Source: the human T2T-CHM13v2.0 reference genome, Homo sapiens. From it: a DNA stretch of 64,000 nucleotides. The translations under genes were made by a program, and so were the position numbers. Shown piece by piece: positions 14,275 through 31,414 of this stretch (its first letter is position 1; the number at the start of each line of letters is the position of its first letter). Location: the NCBI RefSeq assembly GCF_009914755.1, contig NC_060947.1; one strand, 5' to 3'. Below the pieces are notes generated by a model. The model was not told the DNA's origin. It made no database searches and saw only the letters and a program-made list of their open reading frames with translations.

Positions 14275-14556
14275 TGATAAGAGTCTCACTGTGTCGCCCA
14301 GGCTGGAGTGCAGTGGCATGATCTCAGCTCACTGCAACCTCTGCCTCCTGGGTTCAAGTGATTCTCCTGCCTCAGCCTCCTGAGTATCTGGGACTACAGG
14401 CACACACCACTACGCCCGGCTACTTTTTGTATTTTTAGTAGAGACGGGTTTTCACCATGTTGGTCAGGCTGGTCTCGAACTCCTGACCTCAAGTGATCCA
14501 CCCGCCTCGGCCTCTCACAGTGCTGGGATTACAGGCATGAGACACCATGCTTGGTC
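14240..14556 (-). mobile_element. AluSx/Sz
   Basis: Full dimer, TSD ATA(G/A)TACACTTTT. Confidence 0.95.
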
Positions 14557-14641
14557 TATAATACACTTTTAAAAGTTAGCAAAAAGAAATCTTTCATTGA
14601 GAATGGCAGTTGGATATGCGTACATTAAAAAGCATTTACCC

Positions 14642-15114
<473 letters not shown>

Positions 15115-15117
15115 TTA

Positions 15118-15618
<501 letters not shown>

Positions 15619-15994
15619 TCATAGCCACTGTGTCATGCCCTGAGTCTGTCAGTCACTGCATAGAAAGATGGAGGGAGATCGCTACTTGCAGCAGTTCCTG
15701 TGGGGAAAGGCGCAGGTCTGAGACCATTCCTGAGGCTCTTGATTTCTGTTTCACCAGCGAAAGAGGCTTCCCATGGAGATGGGCCTGAGGTCTTCACATC
15801 TGACTTCTCTCTTCACAGGGCCCTCCTGCCTGTGGTGCTATCTGTCTGGTCAACCCACAGTAACCTCACACACAGCACTCTTCCAATTGCATTGCAAACG
15901 CAGACTTGATAGTGAACATTGATGGTTGGTTATTCCACCTCTTCTAGGAGTGGCAATGGTGGCTGTTGATGCCGGCTGCATCCCCATAGCCTGA

Positions 15995-16359
<365 letters not shown>

Positions 16360-16572
16360 GAAGCCAGACTTTTAAAGCTGCAGTCCTGCTTCCCGATGCT
16401 ATGAGGAACACCCAGGGCTCTTGCAATAGATAGGAAAATATGAGTGGGGGGCTTTAAGCCATGGCTGGCTGCCTTGATGGTGCTGCTTGGGCTCACTTCT
16501 GGCTCACTCCATCCAGGGGGCTCCCTACTCTGATGATTTCCTCCCCAAAGACATGAAGACCAGACTTACTAA

Positions 16573-16963
<391 letters not shown>

Positions 16964-17121
16964 TATAATACGCTTTTAAAAGTTAGCAAAAAGAAATTTT
17001 TCATTGAAAATGGCAGTTGGATATACGTACATTAAAAAGCATTTACCCACAAGAAACCAGAGATCACTGAGTGTTTGCAGGGAGACACATGAAAATTCGG
17101 GACTCCCTCCCCCAAAGAATG
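16964..17121. repeat. 158-bp direct duplicate of 14557-14641 + 14955-15027
   Basis: Colinear with few mismatches; this copy lacks the AluY found in the other copy. Confidence 0.93.
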
Positions 17122-17471
17122 CTGTAAATGTTTAAAGACTAAAATAAAGCTTCCAAACCATTATGTCCAATCTGTTGATGAATATAACTTCACAGTGATA
17201 GGAAAGGCTAGGTTTGAATTTAGACTGCTTGGATTCCCCCATGGTTCTGCATGGGAGCACAGCAGCGTGGGGAGAGCCGGCTCCTGGCCCGTCTGTTCCC
17301 TTTTCTTGTCCTACCTCTGAGGCTCTGTCTCCCACTGGGAGAGGCCTTGTGTGCATACATGCATCTCCCCCACTGGCCCAAATGTCTCTGCTCTGTCTGA
17401 TTCCCTCCCTCTACCCCAAACACCTCCCCTCTAAACAGTCATGTCTTGGCTACCACTCCGACTTAAGGGAG

Positions 17472-17831
17472 GGCTGTGGTTTGAATGTGTCCCTCTCAAA
17501 TTCGTATGTTGAAACTTAATCATCAATGGGATGGTGTTAAGATGTGGGGCCTTTAGGAGGTGATTAAGTCATGAGGGCAGAGCCTACATGAATGGGACTG
17601 TGACCTTATCAAAGAGGTGTGAGGGAGCTGTTTGTCCCTTCTGTTATGGGAGGCCAAAGCAAGAGGTGCCATCTGGGAAGCAGAGAGCAGCCCTCATCAG
17701 ACACTGAATCTGTGGGTGCCCAGATCTTTGATTTCCCAGCCTCCAGAACTGTGAGAAAATAAAATTCCATTCTTTATCAGTTACCTTGTCTCAGGTATCT
17801 TGTGTTATAGCAGCAGAACAGGACTAAGATA
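17472..17831 (+). mobile_element. MLT1A-like MaLR LTR
   Basis: GTGGTTTGAATGTGTCCC...GCAGCAGAACAGGACTAAGA. Confidence 0.85.
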
Positions 17832-18825
17832 GGGTGTGAACAGACAGTGACATGCCCCCTTGGGACATGGGGAGGCCTGGGAATCCCCTGATAGTGAGCT
17901 TAGGGCTTTCAGGTAGGGAATTCTGGGTCTTAGGATCCCAGAGTGTTTCCAGAAGGGGAAAACGGGCTCCAGGCGGGTGTCCCTTTCGTCCTGTAGACTA
18001 CGTGCCCACCGGGGTGGCCAGAGCAGGGGCCTCTGCAGCATGGGACCCAGTTCTAAGGTTGCTCTTGTCCTAGAGAGCAGACTAGGCCTTGCTCAGTAGA
18101 AGTGCTGTGTCCTTTGAGCTATCACTCATTTCCTTTCCCTTTTTTCCTGAGCAGCTGCTAGAAACCCTTGTTTGAGCTATTCACTTGCCTGGAACCCATT
18201 CTTCCAAGGGTGATGTTTCAAATATTTTCGCCACTGTATAGGATAGGCAGTGGCCCATCAGAGCAGATGCCTACTTAGTGCCGAACCCTCTGCTGCGCCA
18301 GGCATTGATCCTTCTGTTGCTGGGTCATGGGGAGATAGAGGAGGGGCCCGAGCCACAAGGAGAGATATTGAAGGAGAGGCTTGGGGAAGGAGCCATTTAT
18401 TATCAGTAAAAATATTTCAATATTTTAACAACTATTCCACTGTACCTGTGAATGTCAGCTCTGCATTCTCTGCATCCTCCTTGGGTTTTATTAGGGGCAG
18501 CACTGTGTTTAGCTAAAAGACTATACCCCCAGCTTCACTTGAAGCTTAGAGGTGGCTGACGACATATAAGGGCAAACCTTCAAAGAGGCTCCTTGAGCTG
18601 GGAGGATCCCTTTTGCCCTTTGCGGTTCTTCTTCCTAAACCTGTCTGCCTGGAATGATGATGGTTGGAGCTCTAGTAGCCATCTTGTCATCTTGGAGATG
18701 GAAGCTCCATGCTAATGAAAGCAAAACAGAAATATCCAAGGAGGCTGGGTCCCTGGTGACTACCATACCAACCCCAAACTGCCCACCTCTGGACTTCATT
18801 TTATCAGACATTAAACCTCAGATTT

Positions 18826-19213
<388 letters not shown>

Positions 19214-20179
19214 CTAATTCATTTCCATGCCAGTCCTCAATGCCCATGTCTCCTCAGGGCTGGTCCAGAGTCAGGGATGCAGATGGAAAAGGAAGCTTCA
19301 TTTGGTGAGCACCTTCCATGGGCTCGATGTGTTTTGTCAGCTAATCCTGAAAACCATTCTGGCCATCAGTGTTGCTCTCCTCAGTTTGACAGGTGAGAAA
19401 ACTGGTCTGAGAGGTTACATGGCTTGACAGTGGGGAGGAAGGAGCAACCTGCTCCACCACAACTGAGGTCCCCTTCGTGTCCCTGGAGGAGTGCCCTGGG
19501 TGACCCTCTGAGGCTGGGCATTGTTGGCTTGGACTGATCCTCATTGGCACCCAAGTGGACTTCTGTCTGTCCAGAAAATTAGGGGAGATGAGTGTCAGAA
19601 AAGAGCCTTTATAAATCTCCTGTCTTTCCTCATTCTTACTCATGAGAGAAAACTCCAGAAAACTTCAATGAGGATAGGGGCCAGAGGGTAGGGAGGAGCT
19701 GTGAGGCAGGCAGGCAGGCAGTCTTCTGCCCTTTGTGCTCAGAGAATCACAAATCCCTCGGCAGAGGAGGAGGAGGAAGGGACCCATCTCTGAGGCAGGG
19801 GCCTCTGAGGGGCCTGAGAAGGTGTTCAGGCTTTGAAGGCTTGGAGGCTGCGGTGTCCTCGGCCTGGAACACTTGTTCCCCGTGAAACCTGAAAGTCCAC
19901 CTTCTCCCTGACCTCTAAGGGCAGCTGCAGCAGGAAGATAATTTTCTGGGGCAGATTTATTATCTCAAAGGTCACTAGTAAGCACCGGTGAGCCCAGCTC
20001 CTGGAAGACAGGTCCTCCCGCCGCTCTGCCTGACTCACTTCCATTTCTAGTACATTTTGAGGAGAGGGAGAATTTTCCAGAAGCCCGAATTCTTCCTTTA
20101 GATCTCCCTGAGTTCCACATTTCCAGCTTTCCTGTTCAGGGGCCAGGGCCTCTCTTTCCTCCCCCTCTCCATCTGCCCA

Positions 20180-21010
20180 GGAACTTGCAGAGGTGAAGCC
20201 CAGCCCCGACACCCCTGCAGAGCGCAGCCCTGACACCCCTGCAGAGCGCAGCCCCGAGCAGGAGAGAGGAGCAATGGATTTCTCAGCACTGGAGAAAGAG
20301 CGAGGCAGACGCAGGGCAGGAGCACAGGCTGGAGGCTCAGAGGACCTCCTCAGGGCCCTGGCTGCCTCTAACAGCCTCTCCCTGTCCCTGACTCCCCTCG
20401 GAAAATGTGACCGGCCAGGCCCTCCGGACAAGCCCCCGACGCGCCTCCCCCTTCACAGGCTCTCAGGCGGAGGAGATGGAAAGCAGACCCTCCCGAATGT
20501 TTAACTTCAGCGGAGATGATAATAACTTTCCCATGGACGCAACTGTATCCTTTCCCTGTGTTCCTTCGGGGATCCCGAAACTCCATACGGTTCTCATTTG
20601 CAGCTCGTTCCTGAGGAGGCCTCATTTCCTCGCCACACACCCCTGATGTGGTCAGGGTCTCCCTCCCACAGCCCGGGCGGGGGCGGGGCGCGGGTGGGGG
20701 AGGGAGCTTCCCTGAGCTTTTCTCTAACGCCTGCCCCCACCCCACTTTGCCAGCCCTGGCCTCCCCGATCCCTCCCTTAGCCTCTGCCCTTTCCCTACCA
20801 CGGCCCCCAGCTCCAACACCTCAGGCCTTTCAGCTCCTGCTCTCCACGGCCAGGGACCGCGGTCAGGGCTGGGGCTGTTCCCTAGGCAGAAGTGTCCTTT
20901 CTAGAATTTTCTAGCACCCAGCCCGATGGGCATGTGGAATGACTCCAGGGGTCACCATTAGCATTGTATCCTATGTGAATGGCGCCTCCTGGAGTTATAA
21001 GACGAATGGT
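20180..21010. promoter_or_regulatory. GC-rich, CpG-enriched non-repetitive segment; candidate promoter/enhancer
   Basis: More CpGs than the flanks, tandem GC boxes GGGCGGGGGCGGGGCGCGGG at 20675-20694, and a G-run cluster. Confidence 0.5.
20201..20257. repeat. 24-bp tandem repeat, about 2.4 copies
   Basis: CAGCCC(C/T)GACACCCCTGCAGAGCG x2 plus CAGCCCCGA. Confidence 0.92.
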
Positions 21011-21439
21011 TCCCCTGCTAGGTCCTAAAAGGAGAGTCGCTTCCCAGCCCCTTTCCAGCCAGGAAAAGACCCCAGCGGCTTTTTCCCACACCTCAACCCC
21101 CTCTTGCCAGCCAGCTCTGCTCCTTAAGCTACTCCCACCGCACCCCTCTCATAACTTTGATTTGCAGGAAGCCAAGAGGAGTCCGAAGAGGAAAGAAAAA
21201 ACAGGAGACTCTCACTTTGCCTAGCACTTTGGTTTGGTTGATATTAACACTTTCACATTTACTGTACCTTTCAAGCTTCAAAACACCCCTGTCGGGGGCT
21301 TTGGGGAGGAGGTTTGTTATCACATTTGACAAAAGAAATGAGCAAGCAGAGACCCAGAGAGCATTAGAGGAAGAGCCTGGGTCCATTAGGTCCTGTTTCT
21401 GCCCCTCCATTTCAGAGGTCAGGAGGCAGGAAAGGAGGA

Positions 21440-21630
21440 AACGGAAGGTGAAGTCTCCTGCTCCAGCATATGTCAGCTGTGTAACCGCGCATGAGTCACG
21501 TAACCGCTCCGTGCCTCGGTCTCTTCATCTGTAAAATGGGCACGATGATAGCATAGCTCTGGGTTAATAAAGGGGAAGTATTAAGAACAGTGCCAGGCAT
21601 GAAGTAAATGCTATTACTGTTCTTGCTGCT
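21440..21630 (+). mobile_element. MIR SINE
   Basis: GTGCCTCGGTCTCTTCATCTGTAAAATGGG core. Confidence 0.7.
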
Positions 21631-23265
21631 GATATTATGAGATGTGAATGAAAGATCACGGAACTCTGCTTCTCTTTTCCTCTCAGTCCCCAGTCTCCAA
21701 TACCCCAGTCAGAGAACTTGGATGACAAGTAAACCCCGTTGATGGTGCTGCTGTCTTCTCTGCATCTGGCTGTCACTTCAGATCTGGCCATCATGTTTGG
21801 TTTTCCAGGCCTGGTTCCAGTGCATTCGATCCCCCTCTCCCCGTTGCCAGCCGGCCAGGGTCCGCCTGGGCCTCAGGGGTCCCAGATTTGCCTTCTTGGT
21901 TGCCCAAGGTCTCAGTAACCCACAGAGAAGCTCAGGAGCGAGGCTTGCCCTCAAAGGCCGGCCCTTCAGGGCGGTTCTTTTGTCTCAGGCTGGACCCAAG
22001 ATAAATAGATGTGATTAGGAGATCAAAGCCTTTTCCATGGGTTTGGCCTGAGGGGGCCCTTTGATCGGCCAGCCATCCCTTCACTGCCACCCACATCACC
22101 CCCACCACCCCTGTGTCCTCTCTGCTCAGAAACCCTTCCCTGCTCTCCAGCTGCCGCCTCTGCTCCCCAAGCTGGGCCAGGCAAGCCTTGCCTGGTGAAG
22201 GGTAGCTGGGTTTCCCCCCTCCAGGTTGTTTACTAAATCACCAGTTCGAAGCCGAAGCCAGCACGCTGCAGCAGGTCTGCGAAACCCAAATGGTTTCATT
22301 TTGAGCCTCAGTTGCAAAACCTGAAATCTTGATATGCTTGTAAATGATGGGCGGTGAATCACGCTCTCTGGGTATCTAATTAGATACAGGTCCTGCCCGG
22401 TCGCCTAGAACTTCACCCAGTAAAGAGAGGGATCATTACGAGCATTCTTTCTTTTTCCTTTGAAAAGAGTAGGCATTCCCGTGTAAGTGCTTATTGCGGA
22501 GAACCTGTGGAATTTTCCTTAATTGCTCAGAATGTACCCTCTGCCATTGATGGGCTCCTGTTCAGGCTGTGCAGGCAGGCAGCTAAGCCCGAAACTAGAA
22601 GGGATGTATGTTTATTACTGGGCACATTACAGGACAGGACACCTCCTTGCCATCAATACAGGCCATGGGGGTGTTGGCTGGCCTGTCCCTGGGGCTGTCG
22701 TCCCTCTGTCTTAACACCATAGTTCTCTGGGCCCTGCTCAGGGAGTTGACAATGTGCAGGGCAACTGTGTGTCTGCGAGGGGAGAATTTCCTTGTAAGAA
22801 CACAGTTGTCTGGGAGATGGAGGACCGTTTCAGGAGAGAAACTCTAGCGGGGAGGGACACCCCTGCTCTGAGATTCCCTCGGGATGGGGGCAGACAAATG
22901 GGGAGCTCTGGCTGCTTTTATACTTTCATCTCCAGAATGACAGGCCTTGGGGAAACTGTTTTTCCTAATCCAAGAGGGATGGATAACCTAGGTTCATTCG
23001 TTGAACAAACATTTAGTGAGTGCCTATCATGTGCTAGGAGCTGGTCCAGGCACTGGGGATATATCAGTGAACAAGATGGATACAAGATTTCATCTCTCAT
23101 GGAGTGGGAACAGGAAATGTAATCACTGAGTAAATTTTCTCATCTGCTAAAAAAGGAGAGATGTGCTATGGACAAAAGTAAAAGGATGGAAGGGGAAGCG
23201 GGGGATTGGGCAAGTGAGCCGGGGGTGGTGGCTGTATTGATAGGGCGGTCAGAGAGGTCTTATCA

Positions 23266-23970
<705 letters not shown>

Positions 23971-24226
23971 TTATCTGGAGTAATAGTGGTTCAGGCAGGG
24001 GAACTGAGGGTGCAAAGGCCCTAAGGCAGGATTGTCTGGAACGCCTCAGAAATAGCAAGGAGATCTTGGCTGGGGCAGAGGGAGAAGGAAAATGGGAAAT
24101 GCAGGCCCAGAGGTGAGGGCTGGGGCAGATGATCGTACCATCTTGATGGCCATTGGCAGGACTCTGGCTTTTACTTAGAGTAAAATGGGGAGCCAATGCA
24201 GGGTGTTGAGCAAAGGGGTGACATGA

Positions 24227-24691
<465 letters not shown>

Positions 24692-25280
24692 TAAAAGGAC
24701 TACCTTTCTAATACACATTTTTCAAATTTCTCATGCAGAATAAAAAGGGAATAAGCATTATTAAATTTCAACACTGAGTTTCTAATATGTGCTAAGCATT
24801 GTGTGTTCCAGATGCTAGAAATATAGCAGGCTCTTCATTCAAGGAACTCACTGTGTTGTTTGTGGGGAGGATGTCGTGTTGGAGACAGGAAACAAATTCA
24901 ATTACAACACTAAGTGAAGAAGCACAGAGGTGACAGGTGAAGGGAGTAAATTGCTTCCTGGGATGGGAAGAGTCAAGGAAGGCTTCCTGAAGGGATATCT
25001 GACCTGGGTTTTGAAGGCTGAATAGGAGTTTTCCAGGTGGACAAAGGGGGAAAGGTCATTTCAGCAGAGAAAACTACCTGTGGAAAGGAATGGAGACTTG
25101 AAAGAGCAGAGAACTGTAAGTAATTCAGAGAATGAGTGGACATTGTATTGTGGAATGTGCTGGAGGGGGTGGCAGAGATGAAGTTGAAGAGATAAAGGAG
25201 AGTGAGAGACAGAAAGAGTGAAAGAGAAGAAATGCCCATCTCCTTTTCCATGGCAGTTGAAGATGCAGTCTCTGCCCAGG

Positions 25281-25670
25281 TAATATGGTTTGGCTCTGTG
25301 TCCCCATACAAATCCCATGTCGAATTGTAATCCCCACGTGTCAGGGAAGGGGCTTGGTGAGAGGTGCATGAATCATGGGGACGGACTTCCCCCTTGCTGT
25401 TCTCATGATAGTGGGTGAGTTCTCATGAGATCTGGTTGTTTGAAAGTGTGTGGCACTTCCCCCTTTTCTCTCTCTCTCTCTCCTGCTCCTCCATGGTAAG
25501 ATGTGCTTACTTCCCCTTCACCTTCTGGCATGATTGTAAGTTTCCTGGGGCCTCCCAGGCATGCTTCCTGTTAAGCCTGCAGAACTGTGAGTCAATTAAA
25601 CCTCTCTTCTTCATAAGTTTAACTCAGTCTCAGGTAGTCCTTTATAGCAGTGTGAAAACGGACTAATACA
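25281..25670 (+). mobile_element. THE1D/MSTA-like MaLR LTR
   Basis: ATATGGTTTGGCTCTGTGTCCCC...GGACTAATACA; TSD CCAGG/CTAGG. Confidence 0.88.
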
Positions 25671-25741
25671 CTAGGCTTCACATGTCAACAACCATGTATC
25701 TGGTTTCTGATATTTCACCAGATCAAGTCTGGTATGTTCTC

Positions 25742-26180
25742 TGTGATGTATTTCTTCCTAGTGTGGGTTCCCCCAGAAGCAGACCCTGAGTGCAAGGAGT
25801 TTATTTGAGGGATGATCCCCAGAGACACCAGCAGGGGCACAGGGGACAGAGATAAGGAAGGGAAGCAGAGCTGTAGAGGGCGAGTGAATGGCAGGTGGGA
25901 AACAGCCTTAATCCTGCCAGGGTCCCCTGGGAACCAGCAAGGAATTTGCCCCAGAGTCGTCTCACTTGAGGGGCTGGGGCATTTATCCTCCTGTCCCATC
26001 ACTCATGAGTTAAGGGCTGTTGCCTGGGGTTGATGATTCCTTGGCCCTCCCAGCCTGCCCTGCAGCCAGGGCCACCCCCATGCAAACAGCTGGAGATATG
26101 AAAGTGAGTACCTAGGGTGTATGCTTAGGCACCTACCACGTCTGTCACAATTTTTCCAAGGACCCACTAGGTATACACCA
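25742..26180 (-). mobile_element. LTR16/LTR33-like ERVL LTR
   Basis: GGGTTCCCCCAGAAGCAGACCCTGAG...TTTATTTGAGG. Confidence 0.6.
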
Positions 26181-26409
26181 CTGTGCCAGAGGGGCCTTGG
26201 GCCCACCTGTGGCCAAGGAGGACGCTGATATGAGTAGAGTCAAAGGGAGACCAATTGAATCCCACCCTCGGGCGTTGGGGGCTCCATCTTGCTGCAGTCC
26301 ACGTGACATAGGCTCAGAGGAAAAGGGAGAGAGGGATGAGGAAAGGGCTGGCTGGGACATTGGTTCTGGTGTTAGTTGTAGTAGAAGAGTAAAAAATCTC
26401 TTTCTTTTA

Positions 26410-26703
26410 GGCTGGGCGTGGTGGCTCACACCTGTAATTGTAGCACTTTGGGAGGCCGAGGCGGTCAGATCACCCGAGGTCAGGAGTTCGAGACCAGCCT
26501 GGGCAACATGGTGAAACCCCATCTCTACTAAAAATATTTAAAAATTAGCTGGGTGTGGTGGTGGGTGCCTGTGTTCCCAGCTACTCAGGAGGCTGAGGCA
26601 CAAGAATCGCTTGAACCCAGGCGGCGGAGGTTGCAGTGAGCCAAGATTGCTCCACTGCACTCCAGCCTCAGTGACGGAGCAAGACTCTGTGTCAATAAAA
26701 AAA
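26410..26703 (+). mobile_element. AluSx
   Basis: Full dimer. Confidence 0.93.
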
Positions 26704-26704
26704 C

Positions 26705-27597
26705 TCTATTTTTAAATCTTGGTTAAATATATATAACATAAACATTCACATTGTTCTATAACCATTAGCGCCATCCATTTCCAGGACTTTGTCATCTTCC
26801 CAAACAGAAACTCAGGACCCTTTGAACAGAAGCTCCCTGCTGCCCCCTTACCCCAGGCTCTGGTAGCCTCCAGTCTACTTTCCGTGTCTACTTGACTACT
26901 TAGGTATTTCATATAAGTGGAATCATACAGTATTTGTCCTTTCATGTCTGGCTTCTTTCTTTCATTTTTTTGAGATGGAGTCTCTCTCTGTGGTGCCCAG
27001 GCTGGAGTGCAGTGGTGCAATCTTGGCTTACTGCAACCTGCACCTCCCTCCCAGGTTCAAGTGATTCTCTTGCCTCTGCCTCCTGAGTAGCTGGGACTAC
27101 AGGCACGCATCACCATGTCCGGGTAATTTTTGTATTTTTTTGGTAAAGACAGGGTTTCGCGATGTTGGCCAGGCTGGTCTCCAGCTCCTTACCTCAGGTG
27201 ATCTGCCTGCCTCAGCCTCCCAAAGTGCTGGGATTACAGGCGTGAGCCACGGCGCCCAGCCCATGGCTTCTTTCACTTAGCATACTGTCTTGAAGGTTCA
27301 TCCATGTTGTAGCATGTATCAGAATTTTCTTCCTTTTTAAGGTTAATAGCCCATTGTATGAGTATACCACATTTTGTTTGTTTATGGACATTTGGGTTGC
27401 TTCCACCTTTTGGCTATTATGAATAAGGCTGCTATGAACAAGAGTGTACAAATATCTGTTGGAATCCCTGCTTTCAGTTCTTTGGGATATATGCCCAGAA
27501 GTGGCATTGCTGGATCATATGGTAATTCTATGTTTAACTTTTTGAGGAACTGCCACGCCATTTTCCACAGTGGCTGCACCTTTTCTCATTCCCACTA
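26705..27597 (-). mobile_element. L1MB-like 3' fragment, interrupted by an Alu
   Basis: The minus-strand frame ...[28 protein letters not shown]...[18 protein letters not shown] matches the L1 ORF2 C-terminus. Confidence 0.9.
26952..27261 (-). mobile_element. AluSx
   Basis: Full dimer. Confidence 0.93.
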
Positions 27598-28394
27598 GAA
27601 GAAATACATGAGAATCTCTTAAAGACAATGGTGCAGCTCTCTATGCCAGCTGGTGAGGCGGGGACAGGATGAGGACCACCCTCTACCTGGAGAGATTTTG
27701 GCAGAGTCACTTGAGGACACACCCAGATTGACAATGCAAGGCCTAGTGACAGTGGAAGGGACCCTTTTGGTCTTTGAGTTTCCTGTTCATTCCATGCATA
27801 GCTGCATCACTTTGGTTGGATTATGTCACAGTGTTGAACAGCGAGAAGGACATGGGTTTGAGTCCTGCCTTTACTGTGGCTGTGTGACCTCAGGCAAAGG
27901 ACTTCATCTTCCTGAGCCTTGGTTTCCTTCTCTGTACAAATAAATCAGAAGAGTAACAGGGTTGGGGTGGGCACTCAGTGAAGTAGTGCAAGTACAGGGC
28001 TTAGTGCAGGTCCTGGTAGGTGGCATGTGCTCAGTCAGGGGGTGCCATTGTCATTATGATCTATTCCTGGGGAGTCCTCTGAGGGCAAGCCTCTTGGTGA
28101 CAACTTATGCACCTAAAGCCCAAGGTTAAGAGCCTATGTGGTATCGATTACTGTGCTAGGATTTGAGGCTGGAGTGCTGCAGTAGGGGCTGTGAGATGTC
28201 ACCCAGACCCCCTTCAAGGAAGGACTTGCTGTCCCACTTTGCGGGGGTGCTTTCAGGGGCCCCCTCCAGCTGTTGGCACCTTCAGGGTCTGCCTCAGCTA
28301 CAGAGAGTGCCTTGCTCAAAGTCACACTCTTCCAATGACCTTTTAATATGGGGGAATAAAGGCTTAGTCACCTCTGGACATATCTGGACAACTC

Positions 28395-28875
28395 TATGGT
28401 GGGCTGAATAATTTCTCCTCCTTCCCGCCAAGACGGCCGTGTCCTAGTTTCCAGAACCTGTGAATGTGTTCGTTACCTTACAGGGCAAAAGGGACTTTGC
28501 AGGTGTGATTAAGTTAAGGATCCAGAGATGAGGAAATTGTCTGGCATTACCCTGGCTGGCCCCATGTCATCACAAGGGTCCTTATAAGGGAAAGGTAGGA
28601 AGATCAGAGTCAGAAAAGAAGACATGACAACACAAGCAGAGGTCAGAGTGAATGTGATGGCCGGCTTTGGACGTGCAAGAAGGGGCCACAAGCCAAGGGA
28701 TGCAGGTGACTTCTAGAAGTTGGAAAGGGCAAGGAAATGGATTCTCCCCAGAGCCTCCTGAAGGAATCAGCCCAGCTGACACCTTGATTTTTAGCTTCTG
28801 ATCTCCAGAACTGTAAGAGAATAAATGTGTTGTAAGCCCGTAAGTAAGTGGTCATTGGTTCTGCAGCCGTAGGAA
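28395..28875 (+). mobile_element. MLT1C/D MaLR LTR nested in an LTR16-like element (about 28150-29087)
   Basis: GGCAAAAGGGACTTTGCAGGTGTGATTAAGTTAAGG and GGAAAGGGCAAGGAAATGGATTCTCCCCAGAGCCTCC. Confidence 0.85.
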
Positions 28876-29162
28876 AGGAGTCCAGCTCTCCAACACTGAA
28901 GGGCTATCCTAGCTGCAGGGCTCCCCAGGGTCTGGCGGTCAGCAGAGGCTGTCAGCTCCCTCTGTCCAATCCTGCTCTCTTCCCCTCCCTTCCCCAGGTC
29001 ATGGTGCCACAGGATCTCCCTAATAAACCCCCTGCTCCTTAAACTGCATCTCTTGAGTCTGCTTCATGAGGAACCCACCCTGAGACAGTTGGCAATTTTT
29101 TTTTAATGCTTTATTGTGGAAAAGTTCGAACATATACAAAAGTAGCCAGAATAATGTACTGA

Positions 29163-29537
<375 letters not shown>

Positions 29538-30104
29538 CAGCAATGGTATTAGTAGCTTAAAGGGAGAAGCAGAGCTCCTGCCCCGGAGATGACGACGGTC
29601 TAGCTGAGGAGTGAAGATGTTGCAGACACCTCAAGGGCCAAGAATGCCCGGCAGCAGCGACCACGCCAGCCAGGACTGTCAGGCCAGGGGAGCAGAGAAC
29701 CATCCTTGTGGACAGGCAGCAAAGGAGAGAGCCGGCAGGGTGGGCCATGTCATTGTGAAGGAGTGGCTCCTGTGGTCCTGGGCACACCTGAGTCTGAGGC
29801 AGGGGGCATAGAGCCCTTAGAGAGAGTAGATACAGCATCACCCGCTTTTGTTTTTCATTCCATTGTCTTTCCAATCTGTTTTTGTTTCATTTTAATGGCC
29901 CTCCATCTGTTTCTCCGGACTCTGTTAATAGCAACCATGCTAGAATACTGCCAGGTACTAGGCTAAGCACTTCCCACAGCTTATCTCCCTAATCCTCCCA
30001 ACCGCCGGAGGAGGCAGATACTATTTTTATCTCCATTTCATTTATCCCTATTTCACTGAGACTCAGTGAAGGAAGGCCACTTGGCCAGGGTTCCATGGAT
30101 GGCG

Positions 30105-30549
30105 CATTCATTTCCTGGGGCTGCTGGAACAAAGTACCCCAGATTAGGTGGCTGACAACAGGCATGGATTCTCTCGCTGTTCTGGAGGCCAGCAGTCTGA
30201 AATTAAGGTGCCGGCGGGGTCACACCCTCTCTGGAGGCTCTCGGGGAGGATCCTTCCCTGCCTTGACCAGCTTCTGGGGGTTCCAGGTGTTACGTGGCTG
30301 TGGCTGCATCACTCCAATCTCTGCCTTCGTCTTCTTGCCACCTTCTCTCCATGTGTTTTTCCTCTATGTGTCTCTTATAAGGACCCCTGTCATTGGATTT
30401 AAGGTCCACCTGAATAATCCAGGATCATCTCATCTCAAGATCCTTAATTGCATCTGCAAAAACCCTTTTTCCAAATAAGGTCACACGCACAGGTTCTGGG
30501 GATTAGGACACGGTCATAGGTTTTGTGGGGCCACCATTCAACCCACTAC
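30105..30549 (-). mobile_element. MLT1C-like MaLR LTR
   Basis: CTGCAAAAACCCTTTTTCCAAATAAGGTCACA...CATTCAACCCACTAC. Confidence 0.85.
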
Positions 30550-30653
30550 GGGTCTCATGAGGCAGAACAGGGGTCAGAACCCAAGAAAAAGGATAGTTGT
30601 CACTTCAGTGTGATAGGATCTTGTTGAGAAGGGCTGCACCAGTAGGAATCCCT

Positions 30654-31414
<761 letters not shown>

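Noticed and set aside
20201-20257. Short repeats as a CRISPR-like array
   Set aside because: Head-to-tail repeats with no spacers, in eukaryotic DNA.
19826-20431. 201-aa minus-strand ORF with repeated SGLRSAGV
   Set aside because: Expected in GC-rich DNA. The peptide repeat only reflects the 24-bp tandem repeat, the start is non-ATG, and no domain is recognisable.
20979-20996. CTCF-like motif (ACTCCAGGAGGCGCC on the minus strand); similar partial matches near 31856 and 62934
   Set aside because: Imperfect matches that cannot be distinguished from chance without PWM scoring and ChIP data.
27382-27579. ORF resembling a real protein ([16 protein letters not shown])
   Set aside because: C-terminal remnant of L1 ORF2 in a truncated old L1.
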